This document shows positions 13,286 to 28,592 of a stretch of 64,000 bases of DNA, piece by piece. Location of the stretch: contig OX597825.1 of assembly GCA_951406725.2 (NCBI GenBank), forward strand, positions 22,940,001 to 23,004,000. Direction: 5' to 3'. The position numbers were made by a program, and so were the translations under genes. This DNA is from Octopus vulgaris. Lineage: Eukaryota. Under the pieces are notes generated by a model. The model was not told where the DNA came from. It made no database searches and worked only from the letters and a program-made list of their open reading frames with translations. Within the stretch, counting starts at the first letter, position 1, and the number at the start of each line of letters is the position of its first letter.

Positions 13286-13866
13286 GGCACAGAGGTGACT
13301 GTGTGGTAAGAAATTTGCTTCTCAACCACATGACGCTGTGTTCAGTCCCGCTGCGTGTCTTCTACTACTGCACCAGACTGACCAAACCTCATGAGTGGAT
13401 TTGGAAAACGGATACTGAAAGAGACCCGTTATGTATATATATATATATATCCCTTTAACTCTTTTACTCTCTTACTTGTTTCAGTCATTTGACTGTGACC
13501 ATGCTGAAGCACCGACTTCAGTCGAGCAAATTGAGCCCAGGATTTATTCTTTGTAAGCCTAGTATTTATTCTATCGGTCTATTTTGCCGAACCGCTAAGT
13601 TACGGGGTTGTATACACACCAGCATCGGTTGTCAAGCGATGTTTGGGGGACAAACATTTGTGTCTATGTATAAATTTGTCCACCTTCAACACTTGACAAC
13701 TGGTGTTGGCATGTTTACAACCTCGTAGACTGGCAGTTTGGCTAAAGAGACATATACAATAAATGTCAGGCTTGTAAAATAAATAAGGGAGTCAATTCTT
13801 TCGACTGAGATTATTAAACGCAGTGCTCCAGCATGGCTGCGGTCAAATGACTGCAACAAACAAAAG
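13286..13866. mobile_element. cluster of three family-A SINE fragments (+ 13286-13430, - 13457-13655, + 13660-13866)
   Basis: Homology to the 5' head and 3' tail (gtgctccagcatggc..aaatgactgaaacaagtaaaag) of family A. Confidence 0.8.
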
Positions 13867-13916
13867 TTGAAAGATAAAATACGTACACACAAACACGCAT
13901 GCTGATATATAGAGCG

Positions 13917-13956
<40 letters not shown>

Positions 13957-14323
13957 GTAAGAGAGAGATAGAGACAGAGAGAGAAGCAGAGAGAAAGAGA
14001 CAGACAGACAGACTAGAAAGCCGACATGCAAGCAGCTCCATACTATACGGTGATATTCACGCGTCGGCAAAATTATAACCAGTAGAGTTTTCGTGCTGGC
14101 ATGGACTTCACTATTGCCATTTTAATCTGTAAATAATTGTTTTATGAAGCCAAGCTTTATGTGGAGAGGATGAAAAAGGATTTTATATGGAGACACAAGA
14201 GATTGCTGCTATATATTTTGTGTGTCCAGCTACACGGCTCATCTTTATTGGCTATTTTGCTTTCACATGTTTTTTTCTCCATTTCTGCTACCACAGAAAA
14301 CGAAATAGCCATATATATATATA

Positions 14324-14490
14324 GGCATAACAGTGGCTGTGTGATAAGTAGCTTGCTTACAAACCACATGGTTCCGGGTTCAGTCCCAGTGCGTGGCAAC
14401 TTGGGTAAGTGCCTTCTACTATATCCTCGGCCCGACCAAAGCTTTGTGAGTCGATTTGGTAGACGGAAACTGAAAGGAGCCCATCGTGTA
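14324..14490 (+). mobile_element. SINE family A, 5' half
   Basis: gtggctgtgtgataagtagcttgcttacaaaccacatggttccgggttcagtccc. Confidence 0.85.
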
Positions 14491-15009
14491 TATGTATATA
14501 TATATATATGTAACGCAAGCAAAAATGTCAGCATCATGAACAACAACCCATGACAAAACACATTACAAGAAGAAGAAATGGAATAGTAAAATACCAGAAC
14601 TTAAGCTATCACAGACATACAGACACACACACACACACAAACAAATAAACAAATACACATAATAAGCAAGTGTGTTGCGATGTTAGCAACAACAAAAGGA
14701 AAACTGAGTAAATAAACAAAACCATCATTAGCTCACGTGGTTACTATTATGGAAATGTAACACTAGGAAAATATGTTGAAAAAACTAAATACGAAGAATT
14801 TCAAAGAAAAATGGATCAACATTGGAAAGGCTACAGATCGGTGAAGGGAAGCATATTTTGGAGGATATAAGCATAGAACAACTGCTTTGGAAATTGAAAA
14901 GCAAAAAAATGAGTGAAATTTTGACAAACAACAAGTGATGTATTTATTGGGTTTATTAAATTATGATTCTTCCCTAATATCTAAAATATACAAATGTATA
15001 CATACACAC

Positions 15010-15063
<54 letters not shown>

Positions 15064-15827
15064 GCACATACAACACACGCAAACACAAAGTCACACAGAC
15101 ACATACACACACATAATATAAGAATGATTTCTTTCATTATAGGCCCGAAATCTGTTTGCTGTTCTATACTGTGCTAAATGACAATTGAAATCCGTTTATA
15201 TGTTTTGCTTTGAAATATCTATTTTCTTGGTGTTAGTTATGAGAAAACGTAATGAAACTCCCTGTATGTAAAATGAGAAAGCAAATGTAATTTATAGAAG
15301 CTAAATGCATTGTTATTTGTTCAAGAAAAAGGCAGCTGGATGAGAAAGGAACGCATAATAATTCAATTTGTCTTTGGAACAAACAACTCCGCTATTTCCA
15401 GTGTTCTCCATCAAGCAATTCAATTTAAACTCGCTTCGTGTACCTAACTAAAATAGGTGTCATGGAGTAAATGTAGGTCCTAACCGTACAAATTCCTTTC
15501 TAGATGCTAGAGGGAATAAATTTAAAAGCAGTATTAGTGGTGGAACATCACTAAAGATATCGTTCTCGTAGGTTTTACACCTAGTAAACGCCAGGTTGTC
15601 TAGGAAAGGTTGTTTTATTCCCTAGATTTTTCAATACACAACTACTGCAAGCTGCTACATTGCAGAGTGAGTCATGACATCCTTAACCTCTCCTCTCGCT
15701 CTGCTAGAAACAACAACCAAAAGTTCCAAATGCCATTACACTTTTAGAAAGAAAAATGGCGATTGTTTTGGTCGTTATAGATGTATTGTGAAATGGCGAA
15801 TATGTCACGACTTATGACAATGGTGAA

Positions 15828-16157
15828 GGCGCATGACTCAGTGGTTAGAGCGTCGAGCTTACCATCGAGAGGTTGTGAGCTCGAATCCCGGACCGGGCTG
15901 TATGTTGTGTTCTTGAGCAAAACACTTTATTTCACGTTGCTCCAATTCACTCAGCTGTAAAAATGAGTTGCGACGTCACAGGTGCCAAGCTGCATGGGCA
16001 TTTGCCTTTCCCTTGGATAACACCGGTGGCGTGGAGATAGGAGGTCGGTATGCATGGGCGACTGCTGGTCTTCCATAAACAACCTAGCCCTGAGTTGAAC
16101 CTGGAAGGGTAACTTTCTAGGTGCAATCCCATGATCTGTGTCCTGACCGAAGGGGTT
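15828..16157 (+). mobile_element. tRNA-derived SINE (family-C-like head, CORE-like ttcttgagcaaaacacttt, different body)
   Basis: ggcgcatgactcagtggttagagcg...ctcgaatcccggaccgggc; related copy at 55475-55705. Confidence 0.7.
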
Positions 16158-16169
16158 TCAGATATATAT

Positions 16170-16332
16170 ATGACTGGATTCTTTCCGTTTCTGTCTACCA
16201 AATCCACTCAGAAGGCTTTGGTCGGCCTGAGGCTATAGTAGAAGACACTTGCACAAGGTGCCACGTAGTGGGAATGAATCTAGAACCATATGGTTCGTAA
16301 GCAAGATACTTACAACACAGCCACTCCTACGC
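16170..16332 (-). mobile_element. SINE family A, 5' half
   Basis: Reverse-complement homology to family A. Confidence 0.85.
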
Positions 16333-17365
16333 GTAATATTGTTATAGGCGTAGGAGTGGCTATCATTGTTAATAATGTAGAACAGATTTACATTTGTTCA
16401 GCAGAGGACAGGAGAAAATCACAATGTGTACTTTTACAATTAACTCTGGAGTTGTTAAGGTAAGATTTGAACAAGGTCTGTGTGTGTGTTAGTGCAGAGA
16501 AACATTTCACCTCTATTTTAATTGGAGACTGCCTAATGCCAAAGGTTTTTTCAAAAAGCTGAATGACACAACGTCGTTTAATCTTAGAACTGAATCTATA
16601 TATGGGCTCGCATTTGATGGGGTCCAATCTATCCTTACAAATGGTGACAATACCAGAAATATTGAAAAATGGACATCTCAGTATGTGAAAAATCTTGACG
16701 TGATAGAGCAAAGTGGATTTCATTTTTGAAATCAGCATCGTCGAATTAGTAGGAAACATGTCTCCAGCATATCAGACAACAGTGCAGTCCATTGTATATT
16801 AATGACTGAAGTACCTAGCACCATAGATCTCCTAGATCAAAGTTGGATTTCATTCGAGGTCTAAACAGCAACGACAATAATAAAGGTGATGACCTGATAT
16901 CTATGCTGAATTCTGGGTCGTGGCGCTAATATAGTATCAGTCAAGAAGCCATAGTAGTCTCAATCGCATATATTTCTTCCCTAAAAACCAAAACTAACAA
17001 CATGTGGATATATGGTTTTGATCATCAAATAATAAATAGCTGGATCTGTTCGTTAAAATTAATGTTTAAGATATACGTGGCTGTATACTTTCTATTTCAT
17101 CCTCTTAACCGTGCGACTCTTAAGACGTTAACGAACAAATGAAGTATTAATTTAGATGGAGAGTTTTCTGCGTGGAAGTGAGAGGATGAAAGAGACTTCG
17201 ATAATGTAAAAGAGCGCGAGAAAGAGAAAAAAACGAGAAAATGGTGTTAGAATACATAACAAGTCCATTGAACGAAATTGCTGCTGCAATAAACGTCAGC
17301 GATGGAAATTCAATCCTGACAAGCTTCATAACATGACACGACATCACATTGCGAAGCCGTCAGTA

Positions 17366-17457
17366 TAGATGTATATATATATGAATGTGTGTAAGAATTG
17401 ATGTATATACGCATGCGTGTATGCATGTATGAACACATGTATATGTGTGTGTGTGTT

Positions 17458-17488
<31 letters not shown>

Positions 17489-17540
17489 GAATGTGCCTGT
17501 TAGTTTGTATATATGTGGGAATATATATTTATGTTATGCA

Positions 17541-17594
<54 letters not shown>

Positions 17595-17803
17595 TATAAG
17601 TATAGGTACATGTGTGTATATGTACATGTAGGTGAAAATATACATGTATATATGCATGTATATATATATATATAAATATATTATATAGATTCACACATAT
17701 ATACAAACTAACACGCACATACATACTTTCACACACACATGTATATATACAATATATATACATATATACATATATACATATAGATAGATCTATATATATA
17801 TAC

Positions 17804-17835
<32 letters not shown>

Positions 17836-17840
17836 GTACA

Positions 17841-17908
<68 letters not shown>

Positions 17909-17980
17909 AATAAACAAACTATAATAAACAAACATATGCATATATATATATATGTATATATGCATATGCTTGTATGTATA
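17366..17980. repeat. degenerate (TA)n microsatellite tract
   Basis: Seen directly. Confidence 0.95.
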
Positions 17981-18655
17981 TTTATTTTAGTTTATTTATT
18001 TTGCTTTGAAAGCTAACATCGTTTAGAAGAATTTATATATTTATTTTTAAATATTGCCCGTTGATTATTTTAACTTCTTTTACGTTTTCATAATCAATTT
18101 TTTTATATTAAACTAACAAAACTATGGATTCATTTTCCATTTAAATATGTTGCTATTTAATGGAATGTTTTAAATTTAATGAATACAAGGAAATATCGCC
18201 ATTATTGGTGAAAGTATTCGATTAAATGGAAACGATATGAATATGAGTGTTCGTCCATCTTGCAATGATGACTGACTGCTTATATAGCCTATATATTTAA
18301 TTATGTTGCAGTATTTCGTCACAGCATAATGATGGAACTAATATGTAGACACTTCATGCGTTAGATATAAAAATTAAATGTTTATTAAACAAAGAAATGG
18401 ACTGTGATTAAGCATTTATGCAACCAGGCCATTGGTTATGGATTCAGTTCTACTGCCCGACAGTTTACGGAAGTGCCTTCTACGATAACCACCAGACCGA
18501 CCAATGACTTGTGAGTGAATTTGGTACAGAGAAATTACTGGGTGGGGTGAATAGGCGTACGACTGAGATTTTATGGTATGAGCGAGGGAAAGACGGGGTG
18601 CGTAGGTACATAGATGTGTGTGTGTGTTTGTGTGCATAGGTATTCGTGTGTCCAA

Positions 18656-18890
18656 GGCGGCGAGCTGGCAGAATCGTTAGCACGCCAGGCGAAATGCTTA
18701 GTGGAAATTTCGTCTGCCGTTACGTTCTGGGTTCAAATTTCGCCAAGGTCGACTTTGCCTTTCATCATTTCGGGGTCGATTAAATAAGTACCAGTTACAC
18801 ACTGGGGTCGATATAATTGAGTTAATCCGTTTGTCTGTCCTTGTTTATCCTCTCTGTGTTTAGCCCCTTGTGGGTTGTAAAGAAATAGGT
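18656..18890 (+). mobile_element. SINE family B, full length
   Basis: ggcggcgagctggcagaatcgttagc...tagccccttgtggg...aaagaaatag; flanked by a direct repeat ataggtattcgtgtgtcc (probable TSD). Confidence 0.9.
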
Positions 18891-19369
18891 ATTCGTGTGT
18901 CCGCGTATAGGTGTGTGCACATAGATACGTATGTGCGGGTGTTTCCGTGTACACGCCACGTCTGTAGCAGCGAATGGGTGTGGTTGCAGGGGATGCATAA
19001 GTCTGTGGGATTAGCCTGCGGTCTGCATAGGCATTGGTGGTGAGGGGCCCAGTTCTTAGCTGTGAAGTAGCCAGCATCCATGAGCAGCTAATGTTAAGGT
19101 GATGTCTCTGGGTTGTCGGCGTCCAGTGGCCTGAAGTTCACCAAGAGGGTGTGCTTCTGATGGTAGCAATAAGATCGTTCGTATTTCCTGTTAATAGATA
19201 CTGCAGCTTGGGGGAGACTGATAACTTATGGAGGCACTTCTCTCTAGAGTATTCTTCTTACCTCTACCTTCCCCCTCGCTACCACACCTATCCTCCCACC
19301 AGCAATGCTGTTACAACTACACGAGTATACATGTGTTCACTCGCATACATAAATACCAGAAGCATGTAA

Positions 19370-19424
<55 letters not shown>

Positions 19425-19448
19425 AGAAATGGTAAGACAACGCTTGCG

Positions 19449-19481
<33 letters not shown>

Positions 19482-19789
19482 CATTTCAAATTGCTTGAAG
19501 TAATCAAATAATCTCTAAATTTTAGAAATTTCAAATACTTCTTATTTTCTTAGTATCGTTACCCAACAGTGTTAAAATATATTTATGCGTATATGAAAGA
19601 AATATAATATAGCTCCCCTGCTGTGACTAAAATGATGTTATATAGATACAGAATGTTTGTATACTATACGTGATTTTCCTGTTATAATATATCAAGATGA
19701 AAATAGGCATACACTAGCATGTAGTATACAATTCTGTATCTAGGTGTCTGATATATTATATATGAACAAATGCTTTCAAATTACTATAC

Positions 19790-19991
19790 TCTACTCTCTT
19801 GACTCTTTCACTTGTTTCAGTCATTTGACTGCGGCCATGCTGGAGCAACGCCTTTAATCGAGCAACTCGACCCCGGGACTTATTCTATCGGTCTCTTTTT
19901 GCCGAACTGCTAAGTGACGGGGACATAAACACACCAGCATCGGTTGTCAAGCAATGCTTGGGGGACAAACACAGACACACAAACACACACA

Positions 19992-20034
<43 letters not shown>

Positions 20035-20118
20035 GACGGGCTTCTTTCAGTTTCCGTCTACCAAATCCACTCACAAGGCTTTGGTCGGCCCGAGGCTATA
20101 GTAGAAGACACTTGCCCA
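19790..20118 (-). mobile_element. SINE family A, 5'-truncated
   Basis: Reverse-complement homology to family A. Confidence 0.9.
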
Positions 20119-20600
20119 TTAGATTCATAGCAATTCGGTAAATTTGTAGAGTACTGAAGCAAAATGAAACGAAAACATTTGTCTGGTGAGCGCATATTTT
20201 TTAATAACACCATGAATCCTTAAGTAAAGGAAATCAACTTTCTTGAAGGAAACATTTTTTTTTTTCTTTGCATCTTCTTAAAGCAAGTCATTCATGTCAT
20301 TTTATTGACCTTGAATACCAACAAACCCCAAGAGAAAGTGTGTACCGCTCTTGCTAACTCGTAATAGGATTAAATTCTAATTATTACAATTAGTATTTCG
20401 CTTTTCCTCTCTAAATTCAGTTAATTATTGATCATAATAAATTACAATTGTGACACTTTTTTAAAATTCTCCCCATACACCGATACTTGTATTGCATTTC
20501 TGCCTTTTATTTCGATCGACCTAAGAAATTTCTGGTACAATATAATCGTTCAAGATCCTGCAAAGTGGTTTCCAGGCATGCTCTACACTATCAATAATTA

Positions 20601-21205
20601 ATACACCTCTTATGTGTTTAAATGTAGACTGTATTTTATATCAATAATATATAGTCTATTGACTAATTTTTCTACACGCTAGGCCACAGGTACTAAACAT
20701 TTCTAAAATCGTTATTACCCTGATATTGATTATTGATAAATTTTTCTGGAAAACATTTCGGAGAAATGCCGGTAAATGTTTTTTTTTTTCTTTTGCTGCC
20801 GACAAAAAACTGCGTTTGCGCGGTGGCTTTGAATAATTATAATGTATAAAAGCAAGAGACACGTGCTGGATTTGCCTCGCATTTATATGTTTAATCTAGG
20901 CGTGCCTGTTGATGAAAACTTCGCCTAACAAATTATATAATTTGCTAAAACAACAGTAGAAACCACGGTCCAGGAGACAGATGGTAAATGTTTTTATTTT
21001 TCATTCCCTTCGGATTTTTTTCACTAATAGTGGTTTGGACTTTAGCTGGTCGTTCTAGCGTGCAAGGAACCCTATGAGGGATACTTCTTATTTGTTTAAA
21101 TGTACACTGTATTTATATGAATAATATATAGACTACTGACTAATTTTCCTGCATGCTAGGCCACAGGTTGTAAAAATTTCTAAAATCTTTATTACCCTGA
21201 TATTA
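20601..21205 (+). mobile_element. retrozyme-like tandem repeat, ~478-bp unit (1.25 copies) with type I HHR
   Basis: 20608-20727 is repeated at 21086-21204. HHR at 20894-20982: cctg-TTGATGA...GAAA-CC-ac-GG-TC-cagg. Confidence 0.7.
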
Positions 21206-21289
21206 TTAATATATATATAGAGAGAGAGAGATAGATATATATATAGAGAGAGAGGGAGAAAGAGAGAGAGAGGTATATTTTGTTTTCAA

Positions 21290-21490
21290 GATGTAACCAC
21301 ATGTGAATCGTTGGAGATTTTTTCCTCTGTCTACTTTTTCTATTCGACTTTCCTCCGTTTCTGAAGAAGAGCTTCGCTCGAAACGTTAAACCACTTTTCT
21401 TTACTTCCCTGAGCGCCTGCTAATACTTTTACATGTATCACGGTCTTCACGTTGTTGCTTTTTGTCTGTTCTTCGTTTTTCATTTACTAT
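21290..21490 (+). mobile_element. short pLTR-like element with minimal HHR (21357-21391)
   Basis: gttt-CTGAAGA-A-GAGC-ttc-GCTC-GAAAC-GTT-AAAC, a fully canonical core. Confidence 0.75.
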
Positions 21491-21526
21491 ATATATATAT
21501 GTGTGCGTGTGCGTATGTGTGTGTAG

Positions 21527-21568
<42 letters not shown>

Positions 21569-21919
21569 GACAGCAAGGTGCAATATAAAATATAAAACCA
21601 TACAGAAAATATATGTATGTATATGTATATATATTCTATTTTTATTCTTTAATTTGTTTCAGTCATTCGATTGCGGCCATGCTGGAGCACTGCGTTTAGT
21701 CGAACAAATTGACCCCCAGGAATTATTCTTTGTTAGGCTAGTACTTATTCTATCGGTCTCTTTTGCCGAAACGCAATTAACCGTAAAGAAAAAATTAAAT
21801 CGTCACCAATTGCTAGTGGGAGGGCTGAATGACATCTATATTGAAGAAATAAAAATGAAAATCCTTAAGGAATATATATATAGAGAGAGAGAAAGATAGA
21901 GATATACATATATACATTC

Positions 21920-21950
<31 letters not shown>

Positions 21951-21968
21951 CATACATACATACATACA

Positions 21969-22004
<36 letters not shown>

Positions 22005-22718
22005 CACACTAATATGGAACAGTGGGTCGACAAGGCTAACACATTTTTCATGAGCATAATTTTCCAATTGTTCAACCATACCACATAGGAACATTAGTAC
22101 ATATCTCCATTACAAACACGCACACACACATACACACATATACATATACAAATGTATAATTATAGATGTGTGCGTGTCTATGTTTAATTTCTCCACGTTC
22201 TTTGACATATATGTATCGGTGTATGTGTGTGTAGGAGCCGTACATACACGTATGTATATTTGCATCCCTTATAACTGATATAGTGATGTTTGTATTGTTT
22301 TGGTTTGTTTTTGTCTTTTTTTTTGTGCTTTTCCCTGTTTCTCATCTGTAACTGTCACTCAAATATGGGGTCATTTACTTTTAATTTTCTTCATTAGAAT
22401 TTAATAAACATTTAAGTTATTGATTACAGCTATTCACAGTATAAAAGTAGAAGAAAATTGCGCCTTTACAATGTTGCCTCATATTCATGCGGAAACAAAT
22501 GTTATATAAGATAATTGTATAGACTAAAGCATTTCAGATTTGGTTCAGGAAATATATACATGGAAACGACTACTTGATCATCAATATGAAACTTTCTCCA
22601 ACTCATACATTATCATTAAATTGCATTGCTTTCGATGTGTACGAAAATATCTGTGCGTGTGTGTGTTAGTGTGTGTATGCGTGTGGGTGTAACTGTATGT
22701 TTATATATGCATGCAGAT

Positions 22719-22786
<68 letters not shown>

Positions 22787-22787
22787 T

Positions 22788-23591
22788 CGCGAGTGCGATG
22801 ATTTGAAAATTTTAGGTCAGATATTGTTGAGACAGTGGTGAAAGTGCCTCGTGTAAATATCTGCTCCGCCCTGGCCGTTCTTTACTGATGAATCTATCGG
22901 CCTATGGAAGACTAGCTTGATTTAATTTAATCAGGTTATTTTACCATTAAACAATAGAAGAAACGGTGCATCCTATAAAGAATTACAGGGTAAATGTTTT
23001 TTTAATTTTCTCCTGGTTTACGGAATTAATGTTGTTTTGCGGTTGAAGCCTTGGCTGTTATTTCTAGTGGGTGAATGGCCTATTATGGCCGTTCCTTGAT
23101 TTTGCTGTTGAATTTATAAATGGTCTATGACTATTTAATTTTTTCCCACTAGGCCGCTGGTGGCAAAAAAATTCTGCGAAATTTTTTGCCACCCTATATT
23201 GATTAATTATGAATTTTCTGGTTAATTCCGTAATGGAATCGGCGGCTTATATTTGCTGCCGATAAATTTGGCGCGAGTGCGATGATTTGAAAATTTTAGG
23301 TCAGATATTGCTGAGACAGTGGTGAAAGTGCCTCGTGTAAATATCTGCTCCGACCTGGCCGTTCTTTACTGATGAATCTATCGGCCTATGGAAGACTAGC
23401 TTGATTTAATTTAATCAGGTTATTTTACCATTAAACAATAGAAGAAACGGTGCATCGTATAAAGAATTACAGGGTAAATGTTTTTTTAAATTTTCTCCTG
23501 GTTTACGGAATTAATGTTGTTTTGCGGTTGAAGCCTTGGCTGTTATTTCTAGTGGGTGAATGGCCTATTATGGCCGTTCCTTGATTTTGCT
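22788..23591 (+). mobile_element. retrozyme-like tandem repeat, 484-bp unit (1.66 copies) with two type I HHRs
   Basis: Near-identical direct repeat with offset 484, flanked by (TA)n; HHRs at 22869-22990 and 23354-23474. Confidence 0.85.
23354..23474 (+). ncRNA. type I hammerhead ribozyme (predicted cleavage after GUA at 23459)
   Basis: Stem I gttcttta/taaagaat (extended by cctg/cagg); core CTGATGA 23369-23375 and GAAA 23444-23447; long stem II tctat/ataga, tagcttgatt/aatcaggtta; near-palindromic stem III ACGGTGCATCGT. Confidence 0.85.
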
Positions 23592-25654
<2,063 letters not shown>

Positions 25655-25655
<1 letters not shown>

Positions 25656-26080
25656 GGTGTAGTAGTGGCTGTGTGCTGAGTAGCTTGCTTACGAACCACA
25701 TGGTTCCGGGTTTAGTCCCACTGCGTGGCACCGTGGGTAAGTGTCTACTACTATTGCCTCGGGCCGACCAAAGCCTTGAGAATATTTTTGGTAGACGGAA
25801 ACTGAAAGAAGCTCATCATATATATGTATATATATATATAAATGCATGTGTGAATATATGTTTGTGTGTCTGTGTTTGTCCGCCCAACATCGCTTGACAA
25901 CCGATGCTGGTGTTTTTACGTCCCGTAACTTATCAGTTCGGCAAAACAAACCGATAGAATAAGTGCTAGGCTTACAAAGAATAAGACCTGGGGTCGGTTT
26001 GCTCGACTAAAAGGAGGTGCTCCAGCATGGCCACAGCCAAATGACTGAAACAAGTAAAAGAGTAAAAGAGTAAAAGAGTA
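25655..26080 (+). mobile_element. SINE family A, full length with (AAGAGTA)n tail
   Basis: Homology to family A. Confidence 0.9.
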
Positions 26081-26251
26081 AGAGCATGTATGTATGTTTG
26101 TTTGTACGTATATATGTATTTATGGAAGGATGTATGTATGTACATACGTATATAAGTGTGTATATATTTATATGTATGTGTGCGTGTGTATACGTGTGTG
26201 TGTGTGAGAGAGAGAGAGAGAGGCAGATAGACTGAGAGACAGACTGAACAG

Positions 26252-26405
26252 AGGTAGACATGTAGTAAAATGTTTGCTTCCCAACCACATGGTCCTGGGT
26301 TCTGTCTCACTAAGTGATCGTTTGTATAAGCGCCTTCTAACGTAATCCCGGGCTGACCAAAACCATGTGGGTGGATTTGGTATATGAAAACTGAAAGAAC
26401 CTCGA
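26252..26405 (+). mobile_element. SINE family A, degenerate 5' half
   Basis: Homology to family A. Confidence 0.7.
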
Positions 26406-26417
26406 TGTATACACACA

Positions 26418-26497
<80 letters not shown>

Positions 26498-26511
26498 GTA
26501 TGTATATATAA

Positions 26512-26714
26512 AATGTTACCTCGTGTGTACCGTTGGCGATTTTTTTTCTCTGTCTTCCGTTCTCTGGATCTTTCCTTCTCCTATGTTTCCGACGAAGAGC
26601 TCCGCTCGAAACGTTAGACCCACCGTCTTTCCTTCTTTCCTGAGCGTCCAATAATACTATATTTGTTCCACGACCTCGCGTTGTTGTTTTGTGCTTTCTT
26701 CTTTGGATTAACTT

Positions 26715-26715
<1 letters not shown>
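26512..26715 (+). mobile_element. short pLTR-like element with minimal HHR (26585-26619)
   Basis: gttt-CCGACGA-A-GAGC-tcc-GCTC-GAAAC-GTT-AGAC; closely similar to 62482-62690; embedded in (TA)n. Confidence 0.75.
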
Positions 26716-26787
<72 letters not shown>

Positions 26788-28307
26788 TTAACGTAGTCAA
26801 ATCTTGTTAAATTCATTGAAGAAGACTAGTTTTCGTTGTTTTTAAGTATTGTGACTGAGAATTGGTTACAATGAAATGTATAATCAAATATGGGGCACTA
26901 ATGCCGAGCTCCAACGTCTTGCAACGAGAGCAATCTAATTTTGTAAAACACGTTGGAGTTTATGTAGTCTGAGCAGAGTGTGATCCTATTTAAATAAGAG
27001 TAAGGCTCGAATTCGTCTTTAGATAATGTAACCTTTTGCTTTTGAAAAATAATTAGTATATGTTTTTTAATGTTTATTAGGGGTGTCTCAATGGAGGAAA
27101 TATATTTCTGTTAACTAGGTCAACTGGAGCTGAAGAAGACTTTAATGGCTCGAAAAGTGGTCAAACTAAAATGATCGTATCACCGTCTTTCAATGATCGT
27201 ATCACCGTCATTTTAAATGATACATCAATAAAATGTTGGTATAATTAATCTTCATTAGGAGATGTTAATGAAATATATCTGCTACTGAAAATCGCATCAC
27301 ATTTGGTATAGTCAGAGAAAAGAACAAAATTGGTCAAATTTGAGATTGGTTTATACAGTTTATTACATTAAAAGATTTGTATTATGTGATTAAATATGTG
27401 CATAAGTATTGTATGTATATAGGATAATGTATGTAGGATAATTGAGAGTCATATTTTGTCTTAACACTGTGGTTTAGAAGATACTGTTTGCCCATCTACT
27501 ATAGAAGTTATAAAGATAAATTTTGAGGCAATAATTTATATTAATAAATAAAAGTGAAATTCTTTGTCTACCAAGGAGCCCCAAAATAGCAATTTTTTTG
27601 TCGGCTAACATCGCTTGTTCTAATATCTTAATGAAAACAGACAAAATACAAAGAACGTGTGAGCATAGCTGATTTGAATTCTAGACAAATAAATACCTAA
27701 CAACAAAGGACATTTTGTTTTTCAATGAAAGATAACTGGAAAATTACATTCCTCCGTCCCAATCATTACATGTGATAAACATACCATATTTCTGTACTCC
27801 AAGCTTCACGAATAATTCAGGTTCCTAGCTTTTGAGCCACTACAGTAACTGGAAACGTATCAAAGGTGACCTTTATTTTACCCAGAGCATATGAAAGAAA
27901 GTTTGGACGCTCAGGGCAAACACATGAAAATGTTTTAGACAACATAAAGCTACACATTGTATTGCCCATTAGACGAAATATGATGACATACGGAAAATGT
28001 TTTATTTTTCGTTCTTTAAATTAAATCTCTATTTTTGTATGAAATAAATTCATTATATATTCCTGTATAATTAATTGTACAATATTTTAAATAACTGAAA
28101 AGTATTTTTTTATCAGATGAAATTATATTAAAACTTGAGAAATTAATGGAATAGAGCGTCACAAATTTATCACTGCCATGTTTGTTCTATTAACGACATT
28201 TCTTATTTTTATTTAAATGCTTCTCAGAAGAATTATTTGCATTAGAGTATTTATAACTTCATAAAAATTCATTTTGGTTTCGGTAGTTTCTGAAATTTTC
28301 TACATAG

Positions 28308-28470
28308 GCGAAGGCATGATGGTGTGGTTAAGAACACAGTTTGCGATCACATAGTTTCGGTTTCAGTCGCGTTGCATTGTTCTTTGGCCCAAAACCCTCT
28401 ACTATTGCTTCAGGCCATAAATACCTTGCGAGTTAAATTGGTGGAGAGAGCTGCGTAGAAGTCCGTCGTA
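28308..28470 (+). mobile_element. SINE family A, degenerate 5' half
   Basis: Homology to family A. Confidence 0.6.
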
Positions 28471-28592
28471 ATATTTATACATACATACATGTACACATAT
28501 ATACATACATACATATATACATATACATACATATATATATATATATAAATGAAAGAATGGAATCGAACGAAGATGTTAACAAAATTCCTTTA

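Noticed and set aside
17147-18280. Alternative iGluR S1-like words (YITSPLNEIAAAINVSDG; FNGMF...IQGNIAII)
   Set aside because: Redundant with the better-ordered match at 27.4-27.7 kb and interrupted by clustered stops; shows that loose matches can arise by chance
27130-27165. CTGAAGA-agact..ggctc-GAAA..GTC
   Set aside because: Stems I and III do not pair; at best a decayed HHR
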